This document shows, in pieces, positions 1-15,803 of a DNA stretch of 64,000 bases. Origin of the DNA: Eledone cirrhosa (taxonomy: Eukaryota); NCBI GenBank assembly GCA_964016885.1, contig OZ024758.1, forward strand, positions 26,350,001 through 26,414,000, read 5' to 3'. A model generated the notes under the pieces. That model did no database searches. It saw only the letters and a program-made list of their open reading frames with translations, and had not been told where the DNA came from. Each line of letters begins with the position of its first letter. Positions within the stretch are counted from its first letter, which is position 1. The position numbers were made by a program, and so were the translations under genes.

Positions 1-3
1 TAG

Positions 4-625
4 CAAGTCAAGCAGGCAGAAAGAAGCTCTCTCTTGTTGGCTCGTAAGAGTTTGAAAATTGTTTCTGATTTTGTGTTTGTTTACCAGATGGGCGGCTTAA
101 TCTTGGATGTGTACTTTAAATCAATATCATAGATAAATCTTAGTCTAAGTTGCCAGCTATAGCTACTACCTATTTCAATGCCTTCACAGTCTAATTCGAA
201 CTTATGGGATAACCATAATAAACATATGATGTCTGTTTATGTGGTTATCAATATCCATTAACACTTAACCATGCAATTTATTTTCCCTCACAAATAATCG
301 AGAACTTACACAGAACAAGAAACACAAGAAATAATAAATATTCTTAATATCTTAATATCATCAAATATAGCCTTCCATTATTATTGCTACACACCACCAT
401 CTGTGCTACAAATACACCACCTATACGAAGTAATATTTGCTATTGGTATTCTTATTCTTATAGTTGAAAATATTTTAATTTACTGTCTAAATGTTCAAAT
501 ACTAGCTAAATATTTTTACAGCATTCTGTGAACAATATAGCTCCATGGTTTCTACAATGGACCAACCACTGGTTCACTGCTTTTACTTTTACGATAGCAG
601 GAGTGACCAGGGAGTATCTGTGCAG
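4..625 (+). CDS. Candidate two-exon fragment (4-43 and 522-625) of an unidentified gene
   Basis: tag|exon 4-43|gtaaga, then tttttacag|exon 522-625|gtcaag. Spliced frame is open: [48 protein letters not shown]. No homolog recognised, second donor is weak and other frames are also open. Confidence 0.25.
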
Positions 626-637
626 GTCAAGTGGAAC

Positions 638-3188
<2,551 letters not shown>

Positions 3189-3348
3189 ATAATAAAAAAT
3201 TTGAAGACTAAAATCCAAAGAGGGCTCAATGAGGATAAATATATATCAAATATATAAGAACCGTAGAGCAAATATTTATTAAAAAAACAGATTAAAATTT
3301 AAGCAAAGAATCGCTGCTTTCACCCTTAACGGGATCTTCTGAAACTCA

Positions 3349-3375
<27 letters not shown>

Positions 3376-3379
<4 letters not shown>

Positions 3380-3675
3380 TGTTGGTGCCGCGCCATCCAG
3401 GCCGAAACAAATGAGATCGTGTAGGTGTCACGACAAAAAAACACACAGTCCACGCTGTAATGTGGCCGTGTAGGCAACACGGTAAAAACCTCCCAGACCC
3501 ACACTGTAAATGTGGTTGGTGTTAGGAAGGGCATCCAACTGTAGAAAACCTGCCAGACAGTCCTATGCGAGCAAGACAATCACTCTTGCCTCAAGTGGGA
3601 CTACCCCCGTCCAAACCCATGCAAGCGTGGAACACGGACGTTAAACGTTGATGATGATGATGATGATGATGATGA
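3376..3675 (+). mobile_element. RTE-type LINE 3' UTR fragment (family C) with (ATG)n tail
   Basis: Matches the 3' UTR following the RTE ORF end at 17897-18510 and 60818-61217. Confidence 0.75.
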
Positions 3676-3821
3676 TATAAGACGAAGAAGATAGAATCAA
3701 TCGACTTTCGTCTAATCGGATCAAGGAAACAATGTTTTTGTCGGTTTTTTTCCAGTTGCTAGTACTATCTATTGGTCGCAACTCCAGGTAGAAGGAGCAA
3801 CGTGAAATAAAGTGTCTTGCT

Positions 3822-3958
<137 letters not shown>

Positions 3959-3971
3959 GTATATGTATATA

Positions 3972-4077
<106 letters not shown>

Positions 4078-4096
4078 TATGTAAATATATATATAT

Positions 4097-4447
4097 AGCC
4101 GACCTTACCCAATTACACCTCTCAAAGGCGCTGACACACGACCGTGACCTCTGGCATCACGCAGTAATACAGAAGACCCAACCTCCCACGGGTACAAGCG
4201 GAAGCTGAAGCATATAGACAATATGCCTCCACACCCTGCCACTGCAGAGTGGTCGTGGAGGTGCAACGGCAAAAAAGCACCTAGCCCACACTGTAAATGA
4301 GGTTGGCGTTAGGAAGGGCATCAAGCCAGAATCAGTTCCCGTATGACCAAGACAAGGTCAGCCAACCGGACACTGCCCATAACCCGTCTAACCCATGCTA
4401 GAGTGGAAGAACGGGCGTAAATCGGTGATAATGATGATGATGATGAT
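4097..4447 (+). mobile_element. RTE-type LINE 3' end (family B)
   Basis: ORF end [27 protein letters not shown], then 3' UTR and (ATG)n tail; relatives at 33500-33765 (+) and 40441-40835 (-). Confidence 0.75.
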
Positions 4448-5402
4448 ATATATAAATATATATACAAATATATATATATATAAATAAATATAAGCGTGGA
4501 ACACGGACGCTAAACCTGATGATGATGATGATGATGATGATATATAAATATATATTTATATATATATTTTGCCGTGGAGGCAAATTTATATATATATTGC
4601 CGTGGAGGTGCCACGGCAAAAAAGCACCCAGCCCACACTGTAAAGTGGACGTGTAGGCGCCACGAAAAAGCACCCAGCACTCACTGTAAATGAGGTTGGT
4701 GTTAGGAAGAGCGTCCAGCTGTAGAAATCAAGCCAAATCAGTTCCTGTATTTCTGTTTTTGCATAACATAAACAAACATCATAGTTGCTGTATAGTGGTT
4801 GGTAATAGGAAGGGGGTCCAACTATAGAAACCAACTCATGCCAGTCTGGAAAAGCAAATATAGACAGTGGACACAAATACTCTAATCTACAGAGAGAGCT
4901 TCAAGCATTTTCTTCACTGTTTTAATATTTACCTTTATGTTTTATTCATGATTTTAGCCTAGCAGTGAGAATCACCATTTATTTCCTGCCATCTTCTTTA
5001 CCAGTTCACTCTTCCACAGAAAGAGGAGAGGGTTGTTAGGAAACACTCTACCTAGGAGTTATTCCTAATCACTTCATATTCCTGCACCCCCCACCCCCAA
5101 CTCCTGACTCACGTGTATGTGCACACGTGTGCAGATATGCATGTTTATGTATGATGAATGATAACAACATTATAATCCCCCCCCACACACACACATACAC
5201 ACACACTTCCTATATATTTTCCTATCTACCATCATGATGAGTAGTTCTTTCTTGTCAGCTAGTTTTCTCTGTCTGAGAAACTGGTGACGCCCAGAATAAC
5301 AGGCTGCTGGATTAGCCAAAATAAATAATCTATATAATTATAGTTTTCAATTTGCAATATTGTTTCAGTACTGACCTCCTCAGAACTGAAGTTTCTGGCG
5401 CG

Positions 5403-5456
<54 letters not shown>

Positions 5457-6758
5457 AAAGGGATAAACAGGAGGGGGAGGGAGAAGGAAGAGAAGACAAA
5501 ACAGAAGGGGGGGGGGGCGTAATGTAGGTGGAGTTTGAATTTAAATTTTAGCATAAATTAAATCAATGTAGAAAAAAATGAGTTAAAGAAACAAGGGGAG
5601 GTAACTAGAACTAACTGTAGCAATAGAAATTTTACAGAAGATTATATGATTCACCAACATTTAAAGTAAAATTGTTGACAGCAATTTATTTATCATAATA
5701 TTAATCCTTTAGCATTTACATTACTCTATATTTACTATTATATTTTCGTGGTTTAAATGCTGAAGGTTAAAGAAGCAGAGATAATGCAGAAAGCATAAAG
5801 TTGAAATTATACCAAATATTAAAGAAATACTAAAAACTTATTATACAAACAAATAAAAAGTAATTTTTTTTAAAGTAGGCAAGCAATGTACGTGGTGTAT
5901 AACGTGTGTAATAAGATTGGTCGGAAACATGGTAAGAGGTTTGAATGAGTAGGATGTAGTAAAGTTGTTAAAACAATAAAATAATACTTATCTAAATGCT
6001 GCTGAAATGTTAAGAATCAGGAAATCAGATAAATACTGCTTACAAACTAAAGACTGGGGTGGGGTTGAGCTGGAGGTGGGGTGTGGTGGAGGTAACTACA
6101 ATATTTAAACTAAGAAAATGGCGAGAGAAATAGAAAAATAAAATGAATAGAAATAGTGATTCATATATATATATAAACGGTGATTATATATATCATCATC
6201 ATCATCATCACCGTTTTACGTCCGTCCACGCTAGCATGGGTTAGACGGGTTGTCCTGTTGTGGGCAGTGTCTGGTCAGCTGACCATGCCTTGCTCATACA
6301 GGAACTGATTTGGCTTATATATATATATAAATCAAGAAAGAAGAGTGACACGGTTTGCTATACAATGAGGGCTACATCTAAGTGGACTACCTAAAACAAT
6401 AATTTGTTATCCCATATATATATATATATATTTGGCCACAAAAGGTTTCTCTCTAAAAATGAAAGGCAGATTGTATGATGCCTGTATACGAACAGCAATG
6501 CTACGTTGTATTTTCGCGGTAAAGGCTTTATCTCAAATAATATCTCACATAATATCGAATCTATGGGATTTTGATGTTATTTATTTTGAGAACAATACCT
6601 TAACATCGGTATGAGTGGCTGGTTACAGCCAGTTTGAACAGAAAGAGGTGAGAGAATTCTGGCCGGATTCAGCCAGTTTAAATGCTAAAGGGTTAATACA
6701 CAGGCACACATCAAAAGACACAAACATCTTTTTCAAACATTGTTGATACAAACCTTAC

Positions 6759-6782
6759 CACTACTTATTTGTAACTTTAAAT
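6759..6782 (-). CDS. Candidate 24-nt phase-1 microexon (xLKLQISS-G)
   Basis: tgtttgttag|ATTTAAAGTTACAAATAAGTAGTG|gtaagg; 17/24 identical to the end of the 46490-46522 candidate. Confidence 0.3.
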
Positions 6783-6895
6783 CTAACAAACATTTTGTAC
6801 TACTTATACTGTATTAGCATTGATAGCATTGGAGTCATCCATATTGACATATTGAATTATTGATTCTTTTATGCAATGCATACTATCCTCTAATG

Positions 6896-7214
6896 CAGCG
6901 TTTCTCAACCTTTTTACCCTTGTGGAACCCTTGAAATAGGTTCATGTCTCAGGGAACCCCTACATAAAAATTATTATATACCATTATTAATATCTATCTC
7001 TTATATTGACCTAGTTTTAAATAATGTAAGAGGTTGAAGCCTTTCTTAAAATAAACAACGATTTTCTGAAAATATGCCGTAAATGTATATATAGTAAAAT
7101 TACAAATATAAAATTAAACAAAAATTACTTTTTAAAATACATTAGTTTATTTATCACTGGTTCTCGCAGAACCCCTAGCAACCTCTTGCGGAACTCTAGG
7201 GTTGAGAAATGCTG
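6896..7214. mobile_element. hAT (Charlie-like) MITE
   Basis: TIR CAGCGTTTCTCAACC...GGTTGAGAAATGCTG; 8-bp TSD ctctaatg/ctccaatg. Confidence 0.85.
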
Positions 7215-7271
7215 CTCCAATGTTAAAAAATAAAATAAAATGGTTATCATCTCTTTAGAGAATATCATAGT

Positions 7272-7477
7272 CGCAATCAACTACCTGCATCAGTTGTTAG
7301 CTGTCAGGACACTGCCATGCTTCCCGAAATTCGCCAACACTACACCTGATATTCCACCTCCATACACACACATACGCATGTATCTGTTCGCTTTCCTGAC
7401 ATCTGTATATTATTCTACGTATTATACATGCACCTTTGATGAGTTGTAGTGCACCTGAGCACTGTATACAATAATTT

Positions 7478-7520
<43 letters not shown>
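7272..7520 (+). mobile_element. CR1-type LINE 3' end with (ATT)n tail, followed by a truncated S2 SINE (7521-7660)
   Basis: Homologous to the 3' end of the 9530-10440 element. Confidence 0.8.
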
Positions 7521-7699
7521 GATCTGAGTTCAAATCCCGCCGAAGTTGACTTTGCCTTTCATCCTTACGGGGTCGATAAAATAAAGTACCAGTAATGCAC
7601 TGGGTAATTGCTGGCCTTGTGCCTAAAGTAGAAACAATTATTATTATTATTATTATTATGTGGCAAAATTAAAGTGGTATGAGATGATATAATAGTATA

Positions 7700-8497
7700 T
7701 TAACCCTTTAGTGTTCAAACCAGCCAAAATCGGCCAGAATTCTCTGCCTCTTTCTGTTGAAACTGGCTGTAACTGGTCACTCATACTGATGTTAAGGTAT
7801 TGTTCTCAAAATAAATACTTTCAAAATCTCATAGATTCGATATTATGTGAGATAATTATGTGAGGTAAAGCCTTTACCATGAAAATACAATAGTATATAT
7901 AGAATAATGTATATGTTATGTGAGGTAATTATGTGAGGTAAAGCCTTTACCATGAAAATATAATAGTATATATAGAATAATGTATATGTTATGTGAGGTA
8001 ATTATGTGAGGTAAAGCCTTTACCATGAAAATATAATAGTATATATAGAATAATGTAAATGTTATGTGAGGTAATTATGTGAGGTAAAGCCTTTACCATG
8101 AAAATATAATAGTATATATAGAGTAATGTAAATGTTATGTGAGATAATTATGTGAGGTAAAGCCTTTACCATGAAAATATAATAGTATATATAGAGTAAT
8201 GTGAATGTTATGTGAGATAATTATGTGAGGTAAAGCCTTTAAAATGAAAATATAATAGCATATATAGAATAATGTAAATGTTATGTGAGGTAATTATGTG
8301 AGGTAAAGCCTTTACCATGAAAATATAATAGTATATATAGAGTAATGTGAATGTTATGTGAGATAATTATGTGAGGTAAAGCCTTTAAAATGAAAATATA
8401 ATAGCATATATAGAGTAATGTAAATGTTATGTGAGGTAAAGCCTTTACCATGAAAATATAATAGTATATATAGAGTAATGTGAATGCTAAAGGGTTA
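7700..8497. mobile_element. piggyBac-type MITE with an internal 73-bp tandem expansion (about 9 units)
   Basis: TTAA-CCCTTTA...TAAAGGG-TTAA ends; period 73 (7861, 7934, 8007). Confidence 0.85.
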
Positions 8498-9343
8498 AAT
8501 ATCAAATGATACATATTATATATAAATATAGTAAAATAAAAAACATATATATTTATTTATACATAGTATATATTAAATTATTTATTATATGTAAATTAAC
8601 GATTTAATTTATTATATATTATTTACAATTTGCGTGTAGACAGATCTCTCTAGAAATAGGGTTGTGGGTGCTGAAGATATCACGTGGCCCCAAAAGTTTG
8701 AGAACCTCTGATTTACATGGAAAGAATGAACTGCTCTTCAGACGTAAAATATGCCAACTAGTTACACTTCAGTATGAAACAACTGCATTTGCAAGTTGTG
8801 TTTGTTGCTCTACTGAGCAAAATCATGCTATAAAAAATGTACAGTAACTAACAACATCAACAATGAAGTAGATTCTGCCCTTGAGAAAATTGTTAAAAAT
8901 AAGAACCACAACCTAAAACATAAATAACAAAAACACAGAAATAGGACTATCACCATTACATAGACATATTGTAGCTACTTATTAACAAATAGAAATGAGT
9001 GAAGTATACAGACAGCTAAAAACATAGCCCACAGCAAGATTTCTGATCTGTATTTATTACACCATCAAAAAAACTAAATGAAACAATGATTTTAGCATGA
9101 GTTCATAAAAAAAACATATTAAGTTGCTTTTATCAATAATCAATCAAGCTGATACAGAATACCTATCACAAATCGAAGTTCCCAGTATTTGGACATTGAA
9201 TGTCTTGCTTGTTGTATGATGTTGTAATCACCATTTGTCAAGAGACAGAATTACAAATTGATCGTAATGTTAACATATAAACCAAAATGGATTAGTTCTT
9301 GCAAAAATTAACACAGACAGACTATGTAAAAACATTGGATACT

Positions 9344-10482
9344 TTAACCCTTTAATGTTCAAACCGGCCAAAATTCTCTATCTCTTTCTGTTGAAACCGG
9401 CTGTAACTGGTCGCTCAAACTGATGTTAAGGTATTGTTCTCAAAATAAATACTTTCAAAATCTCATAGATTCGATATTATGTGAGATAATTATGTGAGGT
9501 AAAGCCTTTACCGTGAAAATATAATAATGAAATAATAATAATGAAATTATTGTGTAAAGTGCTCAGGTGCACTACAACTCGTCAAAGGTGCATGTATAGT
9601 ACATAGAATAATATACAAATGTCAGGGAAGTGAACAGCGTATGAGTCATGATATACATGTGTGTATGTGTATGGAGGGGGAACATTAGGTGTAGTGTTGG
9701 CGAATCTCGGAAAGCATGGAGGTTTTAAAGGATGCAGTGTCTCGACAGCTAACAACTGATGCAGGTAGTTTGTTCCATGGAGGTTTTAAAGGATGCAGTG
9801 TCTCGACAGCTAACAACTGGTGCAGGTAGTTTGTTCCATGGAGGTTTTAAAGGATGCAGTGTCTCGACAGCTAACAACTGATGCAGGTAGTTTGTTCCAT
9901 GGAGGTTTTAAAGGATGCAGTGTCTCGACAGCTAACAACTGGTGCAGGTAGTTTGTTCTATGCTTCAGCAACTCTGAGCGTGAATAAATGTTTCTGAAAG
10001 TCATGGAAACTGTGCTGTTTTCTGACTTTGTAGGCATGCCCACGTGTGTTAGACACATGGAAATCGAAAAGGTACTCAGGGTTGTTGTTGGCAAGATGGT
10101 TAATAATTTTGTGGGTGTTTTCCAAGGTAGTTGCCAGGTGTCGGAGCTTCAATGTATCCATGCCCAGGGAAGCAAGGCGTTCAGATGGAGGGTATTCGCT
10201 TGGTTGCACATCTCTGAACAGTTTCCAGGCGGTCAATGTTCTGAGCAAGATATGGGTTCCAGACTGGTGATGTAAATTCTAAGTGTGGCCGCACCATAGC
10301 CATGTACAGCTTTAAATATATAGCTGGAGAGTGGCTGACAAAGGTCTTGCTGAGTGATGCTAAGACACCCTCGGCCCTCTTGACAATTTTAGAGACGTGC
10401 TTCGTCCAACGCAAATCGCTGCTGACCGTAATGCCCAGGTCATAATAGTATATATAGAGTAATGTAAATGCTAAAGGGTTAA
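9344..10482. mobile_element. piggyBac-type MITE split by a CR1 insertion
   Basis: Left part 9344-9525 and right part 10442-10482 rejoin to the consensus; ATAATA is duplicated at the junctions. Confidence 0.8.
9530..10440 (-). mobile_element. 5'-truncated, frameshifted CR1-clade LINE (RT C-terminus and 3' UTR) with a 61-bp x4 internal repeat
   Basis: DLGITVSSDLRWTKHV...LYMAMVRPHLEFTSPVWNPY...IDRLETVQRCATK, TRGH and FTLRV motifs typical of CR1 ORF2 ends; repeat at 9715-9958. Confidence 0.9.
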
Positions 10483-10880
10483 CATAGAGTAATGTAGTTA
10501 ATACGAAGCATTGTGAGGTATATAGTAAAAGAGCAATAATTTTCAAAAAGCCAGTATAATCATCATCATCATCACCATCACTGTTTAGCATCCATTTTTC
10601 CATGCTTGCATGGGTTAGATGAGTTGTCCACGTTGGGAGACAAATCTGGCCAGAAGTGACCTTGCTCCAACAACGATTGTAAATTTACCCAGGTATTTTA
10701 CAGCTGGATGCCCTTCCTAACACCAACCAGATTTATATGTGGTAAAAAAAAAATACGAAGGGCATCAGATACAAAGTAAAAAATGAATTCCTGAACCAAC
10801 AACTATGACTTTATGGTAGACCTTAAAAAAATATTATAAGGAATTGTGAATGAGACACCCAAAGGTAAACTGATTGGCTT

Positions 10881-11097
10881 TAACCCTTTAACATTTACAT
10901 TACTCTATATATACTATTATATTTTTATGGTAAATGCTTTATCTCACATAATTATCTAACATAATATCAAATCTATGAGATTTTGAAAGTATTTATTTTG
11001 AGAACAGTACCTTAACATCAGTTTGAGTGGCCAGTTACAGCCGGTTTGAACAGAAAGAGGTAGAGAATTCTGGCCGGTTTGAACATTAAAGGGTTAA
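10881..11097. mobile_element. piggyBac-type MITE, full-length about 215 bp
   Basis: TTAA/CCCTTT termini. Other copies at about 5701-5770, 6505-6696, 12286-12475, 12473-12893, 13074-13289, 19965-20119, 23356-23570, 47137-47352, 54400-54570, 55536-55750, 55909-56125 and 60389-60613. Confidence 0.88.
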
Positions 11098-11389
11098 TCC
11101 TTTTGATACCAACCTGCCTAAAACCATTCTATCTGCCTCCATGGAACAAAGTTACCCATTTTTAAATGGCTCTGATTTAAATTAAAATCTTCCAACATAA
11201 TAGTGATGGTGGTGGTGGTGGTGGTGATGATGATGATGACACATAGATTAAAGAGACATATACACCTATAACATGATTGCAAGTACACCCACACATTAAC
11301 TGGTTTAAATATTCACAAATTCTTGGAACTGTATTGACTGAACAAAAACCTATTTACTTAAATATATCTCAAAGAAAAACATCATTACA

Positions 11390-11827
11390 TAAACACACAT
11401 ACATACATACATACACACACACAGACACACACACACATACACATACATACATACATATAATTATCATATATACATACATATATACACATACATACACACA
11501 CATAAATGCATACACACACAAACAGACACACACACATATATATACATATAATGACCATATATACATATATACACATACATACACACACACATACATATAT
11601 ATATAATGATCATATATACATACATATATATATACACATACATACACACACACACACACACATATAATGATCATATATACATAAATACACATACATTAGA
11701 CTCACACATATGCATACACACACACACATACACACACACACACACACACATGCATGCATGCATGCATACACACACACACACACATGCATGCATGCATGCA
11801 TGCATGCATGCATACACACATACACAC
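11390..11827. repeat. Compound (CA)n/(CATA)n/(CATG)n microsatellite
   Basis: Direct reading. Confidence 0.95.
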
Positions 11828-13611
11828 GAATCACTAACCATTTCCATCCATTTTACTTTTTTCAAATTCTCTATCTTACCACTTATTTTGTTGTTGTCCG
11901 TCTAATATTGTACTTAACTCCACTTAAAAACCCTCTCGTCTATTGTCTAGTGCGTATTACAGCACTTCTATTCTAAAATAACATTTAAACTATTAATTTA
12001 CGGTCTTAACAACACACCACTTATTCAAAGCTCTTATCATTCTTCTAACTGATCTTATTCCTTACTAATTATATACAGACACTGTAAAAAGGAAAAAAAA
12101 AATGTTTCTATTTATTTAATTATTTATTTATTTATATTTTTTAAAATTTTAGTATTTCTATAAAACTTTCATGGTTATATTTGAAATGAGTAAATTGCCT
12201 ATGGGTTTCAATTAATTTTCAATATAATCAAAATTTTTAAAAGATTTTGAAATATATCATCCATAACTTTATAAATTTGGTAAATTAACCCTTTAGCATA
12301 CACATTACTCTATATTTACTATTGTATTTTCATAGTAATCACTTTATCTCACATAATATTTGAATTTACAAGATTTTGATATTATTTATTTTGAGAAAAA
12401 TACCTTAACATAAGTATAAGCAGTTAGTTTGAACAGAAAATGGCAAGAGAATTCTGGCCGGATAAGTCCGGTTTAACCCTTTAACATTTACATTACTCTA
12501 TATTTACTAGTGTCCTGGGTATGACATTAAACTGCATCCAGTGGCAAGGCTCCAGTTTGGGAGTTCAGGAGCTGTGGGGAATACCCCTCAGTTGTTATCA
12601 CTCACAGGTCTGCTCTGACCCGGAGTAGTAGTACTTGTTAGGGTCCCATTTATGGGTTAAATAATTACCTTATTCGAGCGGCGCCGGTAAAGTATTGAAA
12701 AGAACAATTTACCATTGTATTTTCACAGCAATGGCTTTACTTCACATAATATCAAATCTATAAGATTTTGATATTATTTGTTTTGAAAACAATACCTTAA
12801 CATTAGTATGAGCAGACAGTTACAGCCGGTTTGAACAGAAAGAGGTGAGGGAATTCTGGTTGGATACAGCTGGTTTAGATGCTAAAAGGTTAACCAACTG
12901 AAATCTTATCTTAGCATTCATTTTATGGGATTTTGTCAGAGATGGGCAGGTTGGTATTAAAAGAGTTAATAATTGGTGTATTTTCAACATTTTATGATTA
13001 TATTTTATGCATCTTATAGGCATTATATTTGCTTCTTTTATATTATTACAGATAATTGACCAAATAAAATGTTTTAACTCTTTAGCATTTAAACCGGCCG
13101 TATCTGGCCAGAATTCTCTCACCTCTTTCTACTCAAACCAGCTGTAACCAGCCACTCATACTGATGTTAAGGTACTGTTCTCAAAATAAATAATATCAAA
13201 ATCTCATAGATTCAATATTATGTGAGGTAAAGCCTTTACCACGAAAATACAATAGTATATATAGAGTAATGTAAATGATAAACGGTTAAATAATAACAGA
13301 TCATATCTATAAACTTCTATTACCATAGCTGGCTCTAGTTACCTCTTGTCTATTTGATTTAATTTTCTTTATTAATTTAATCTAAGCTAAAATTATTCAA
13401 ACTCTATTTTTGGTTCTATACACACTTTATTCTAGAACAGTTTTAGTTCTAACTCAATCAACGTTCAGTATTTTCCTCCTGTTCCACTTTTCTTTTGTCA
13501 TCTTCTCCTTTACTATCTTCCTCAACCTCTCACCCCCCTCCCAATTCTCTTCTATGTTTCACCTCCATTCTCCCCCATTTCTTCCTTTTAATCACCTTTA
13601 TATATATATAT

Positions 13612-13865
13612 ATCTATCTATCTATCTAAGGCGGGTAAAATTCCCGAGATCCATGGACGAGTTCTCTCCAGCGGTCTCTGTCCCTCATTATCGCTGCCAT
13701 GTCCTGCGTCTCCAATAGACCAGTGTCTGTCCTTAGGGCATCAACATACGTTAACCTTGGTCTTCCTCTTCTAGTGTGTCCATGTAGGGGCTCCCAAAGG
13801 AGCACTGAGTGCAATGTCAACTCTGGATGTTGGTGAGCATGTCCAGCTAACCTCAGTCTCCTCCC
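13612..13865 (-). mobile_element. RTE-like LINE 3' end (family D) with (TAGA)n tail
   Basis: HSVLLWEPLHGHTRRGRPRLTYVDALRTDTG...MRDRDRWR; further copies at 35727-35780 and 39183-39352. Confidence 0.8.
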
Positions 13866-13951
13866 AAAAGTCAGCTCAAAAGATATATATATATATATAT
13901 ATTAGTTTAATGCTTCATATAGTAGGAAAATATATATATTGTATATTTATA

Positions 13952-13988
<37 letters not shown>

Positions 13989-14369
13989 GCACAGATACAC
14001 TGATATGAGAGAGGAGGGAATTGGACCAAGGAAACTATGTTTCCATTGCTTTATCGATTGAGCACAACTCCTGGCAAAAGTGTCTCGACTGGAGATAGGA
14101 TTCCAACTCAGAACATATAAAGTCAGTTCTGAGATTATTAAAACTTCATGCACAGCATGATATATTAGAAAATCTAAGATAATTATAATGTAGGTGTAGC
14201 TACATTATAATTATTTATAAGACTTGCTGTGAAAATATAAACAAATATGAAAAACACCCTGCTAGTTTCTTGGTACACAGAAAAACATTAAGGATTGTTT
14301 TTATATTTTTTACAGCTGGTTAGATGATCATTAAAAGATAAGCATCCTTATAATTCTATCTACAAAGGA

Positions 14370-14925
14370 AATTTATGGAAATTTCCCCCTGATTCCTCCC
14401 TATAGGAGTCTATTTAACAGACACGCTTTTAAGATAAGTTACAATTGTATCCCAAATGTGAGGAATATCATTTTGTACAAACCCACATCCACAACTGAAG
14501 AAATCTATTCATGCAGAAATGTCAACAACTTCTCTCTAAAGGGTTTGTTTAACACCAAAGCTATCATCTATCAAGCAGTGGTGGAATATCTAAGCACTAA
14601 CCAAGACTACAGCACAATTAAATGGTAAATAGGCCCAACATAAGATAAATTCAAAACATGATACAATAACCAACTGTTGAACTTCAGAGACCCCCAGTGA
14701 GCAGTGGAAAACTAAACCCTCCAGTTGTACCTGATCTTTAAATGAAACAGTCTCTAATTACAACATAAAATGGAACAACTGAAAATATCCAGACACTCTA
14801 GGAATGGCAGCAAACAGTTTAATTTATGCACTGCAAGAAAATAATAATTTTAAATGATTTTAAACCATCAGATATGTACCTGAATTCCCAAATAGAAATT
14901 CCGAGTAAATACAGGCATGAATAGG
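14370..14925 (+). pseudogene. Decayed Penelope-like element ORF: linker and C-terminal GIY-YIG endonuclease
   Basis: Single frame from 14431 reads KISYNCIPNVRNII...YSCRNVNNFSLKGLFNTKAIIYQAVVE...KW*IGPT*DKFKT*YNNQ, later YNIKW. This matches the PLE pattern KISYSCMPN / CNCR..CPL.G.C / IIY..YIG / FK.RY.NH. Multiple stops. Confidence 0.8.
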
Positions 14926-15732
14926 AAGTAAATCCTAAAGTTGTAGTTAGAATCACCCTGAATAATTCAGAGTAAATGGACATAAAAGAAAAGTTGGGCT
15001 TGACAAGCTGAACTCTACATCAACATGCTTTCTATTTGCTTAGATGAAACTGTATTTTGGCAGGGGTTTTTACAGCTGGATGCCCTTCCCAACACCAACC
15101 ACGTTCAAATTCTATGTAAATAAGGTTTAGAGTTTTGCCCATTTCTCAGACATAAAATAGTGGAGTTGGCTTATATTCGAGTATATACAATATTTAAATG
15201 AGGTAGAGGCTATGCAAATAGGATTTAGGATTATCTGATGAATGAAGAATGTTTTTTGAATGAAATAGTTTTATAATATGAGAATCAAGTAGTGTTCAGT
15301 TCACTCAGTTACATTACATTAAATGTCTTGATGTCAGGATTGAATGGTTTCACTTTTTATGTGGTTTTTACCCTTGTGTGTGTGTGTGTGCATGTGTGTA
15401 TGCATGTTTGTGTTTGTGTGTTTATGTTTACTATAGCAACGAACATCATAGATTTACGGGATTATTCTTTGAAGTCCAGTTAATGCAGGTGTCCAGTGGA
15501 GAGTGTGATAAAGTTATATGATGCAACTAAAATAAGAAAACAAGGTGGGGTTTTTTTTTGGGGGGGGGGGGGGATAAAAGACAAAATAAAGATATTTATG
15601 AGGGCTTATAGGTTTACTTCTCTAGTCAATGACTATACTAGATACTTCAGAGATAACGGCACGTAGATATATGCTGAAAGTAACGCAGATAACTAATATA
15701 AAAACAGAAATGTTTGTGTGTATGTATGTATG

Positions 15733-15800
<68 letters not shown>

Positions 15801-15803
<3 letters not shown>

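Noticed and set aside
3285-3347. Hammerhead-like CAGAAGA-UCCC...GGGU-GAAA on the minus strand
   Set aside because: Core is mutated and no convincing stem I or III; possibly a decayed PLE fragment but not supportable.
11880-12081. Additional minus-strand microexons (11880-11901, 12066-12081)
   Set aside because: Lengths of 22 and 16 nt are not phase-compatible with each other, and one acceptor is poor.
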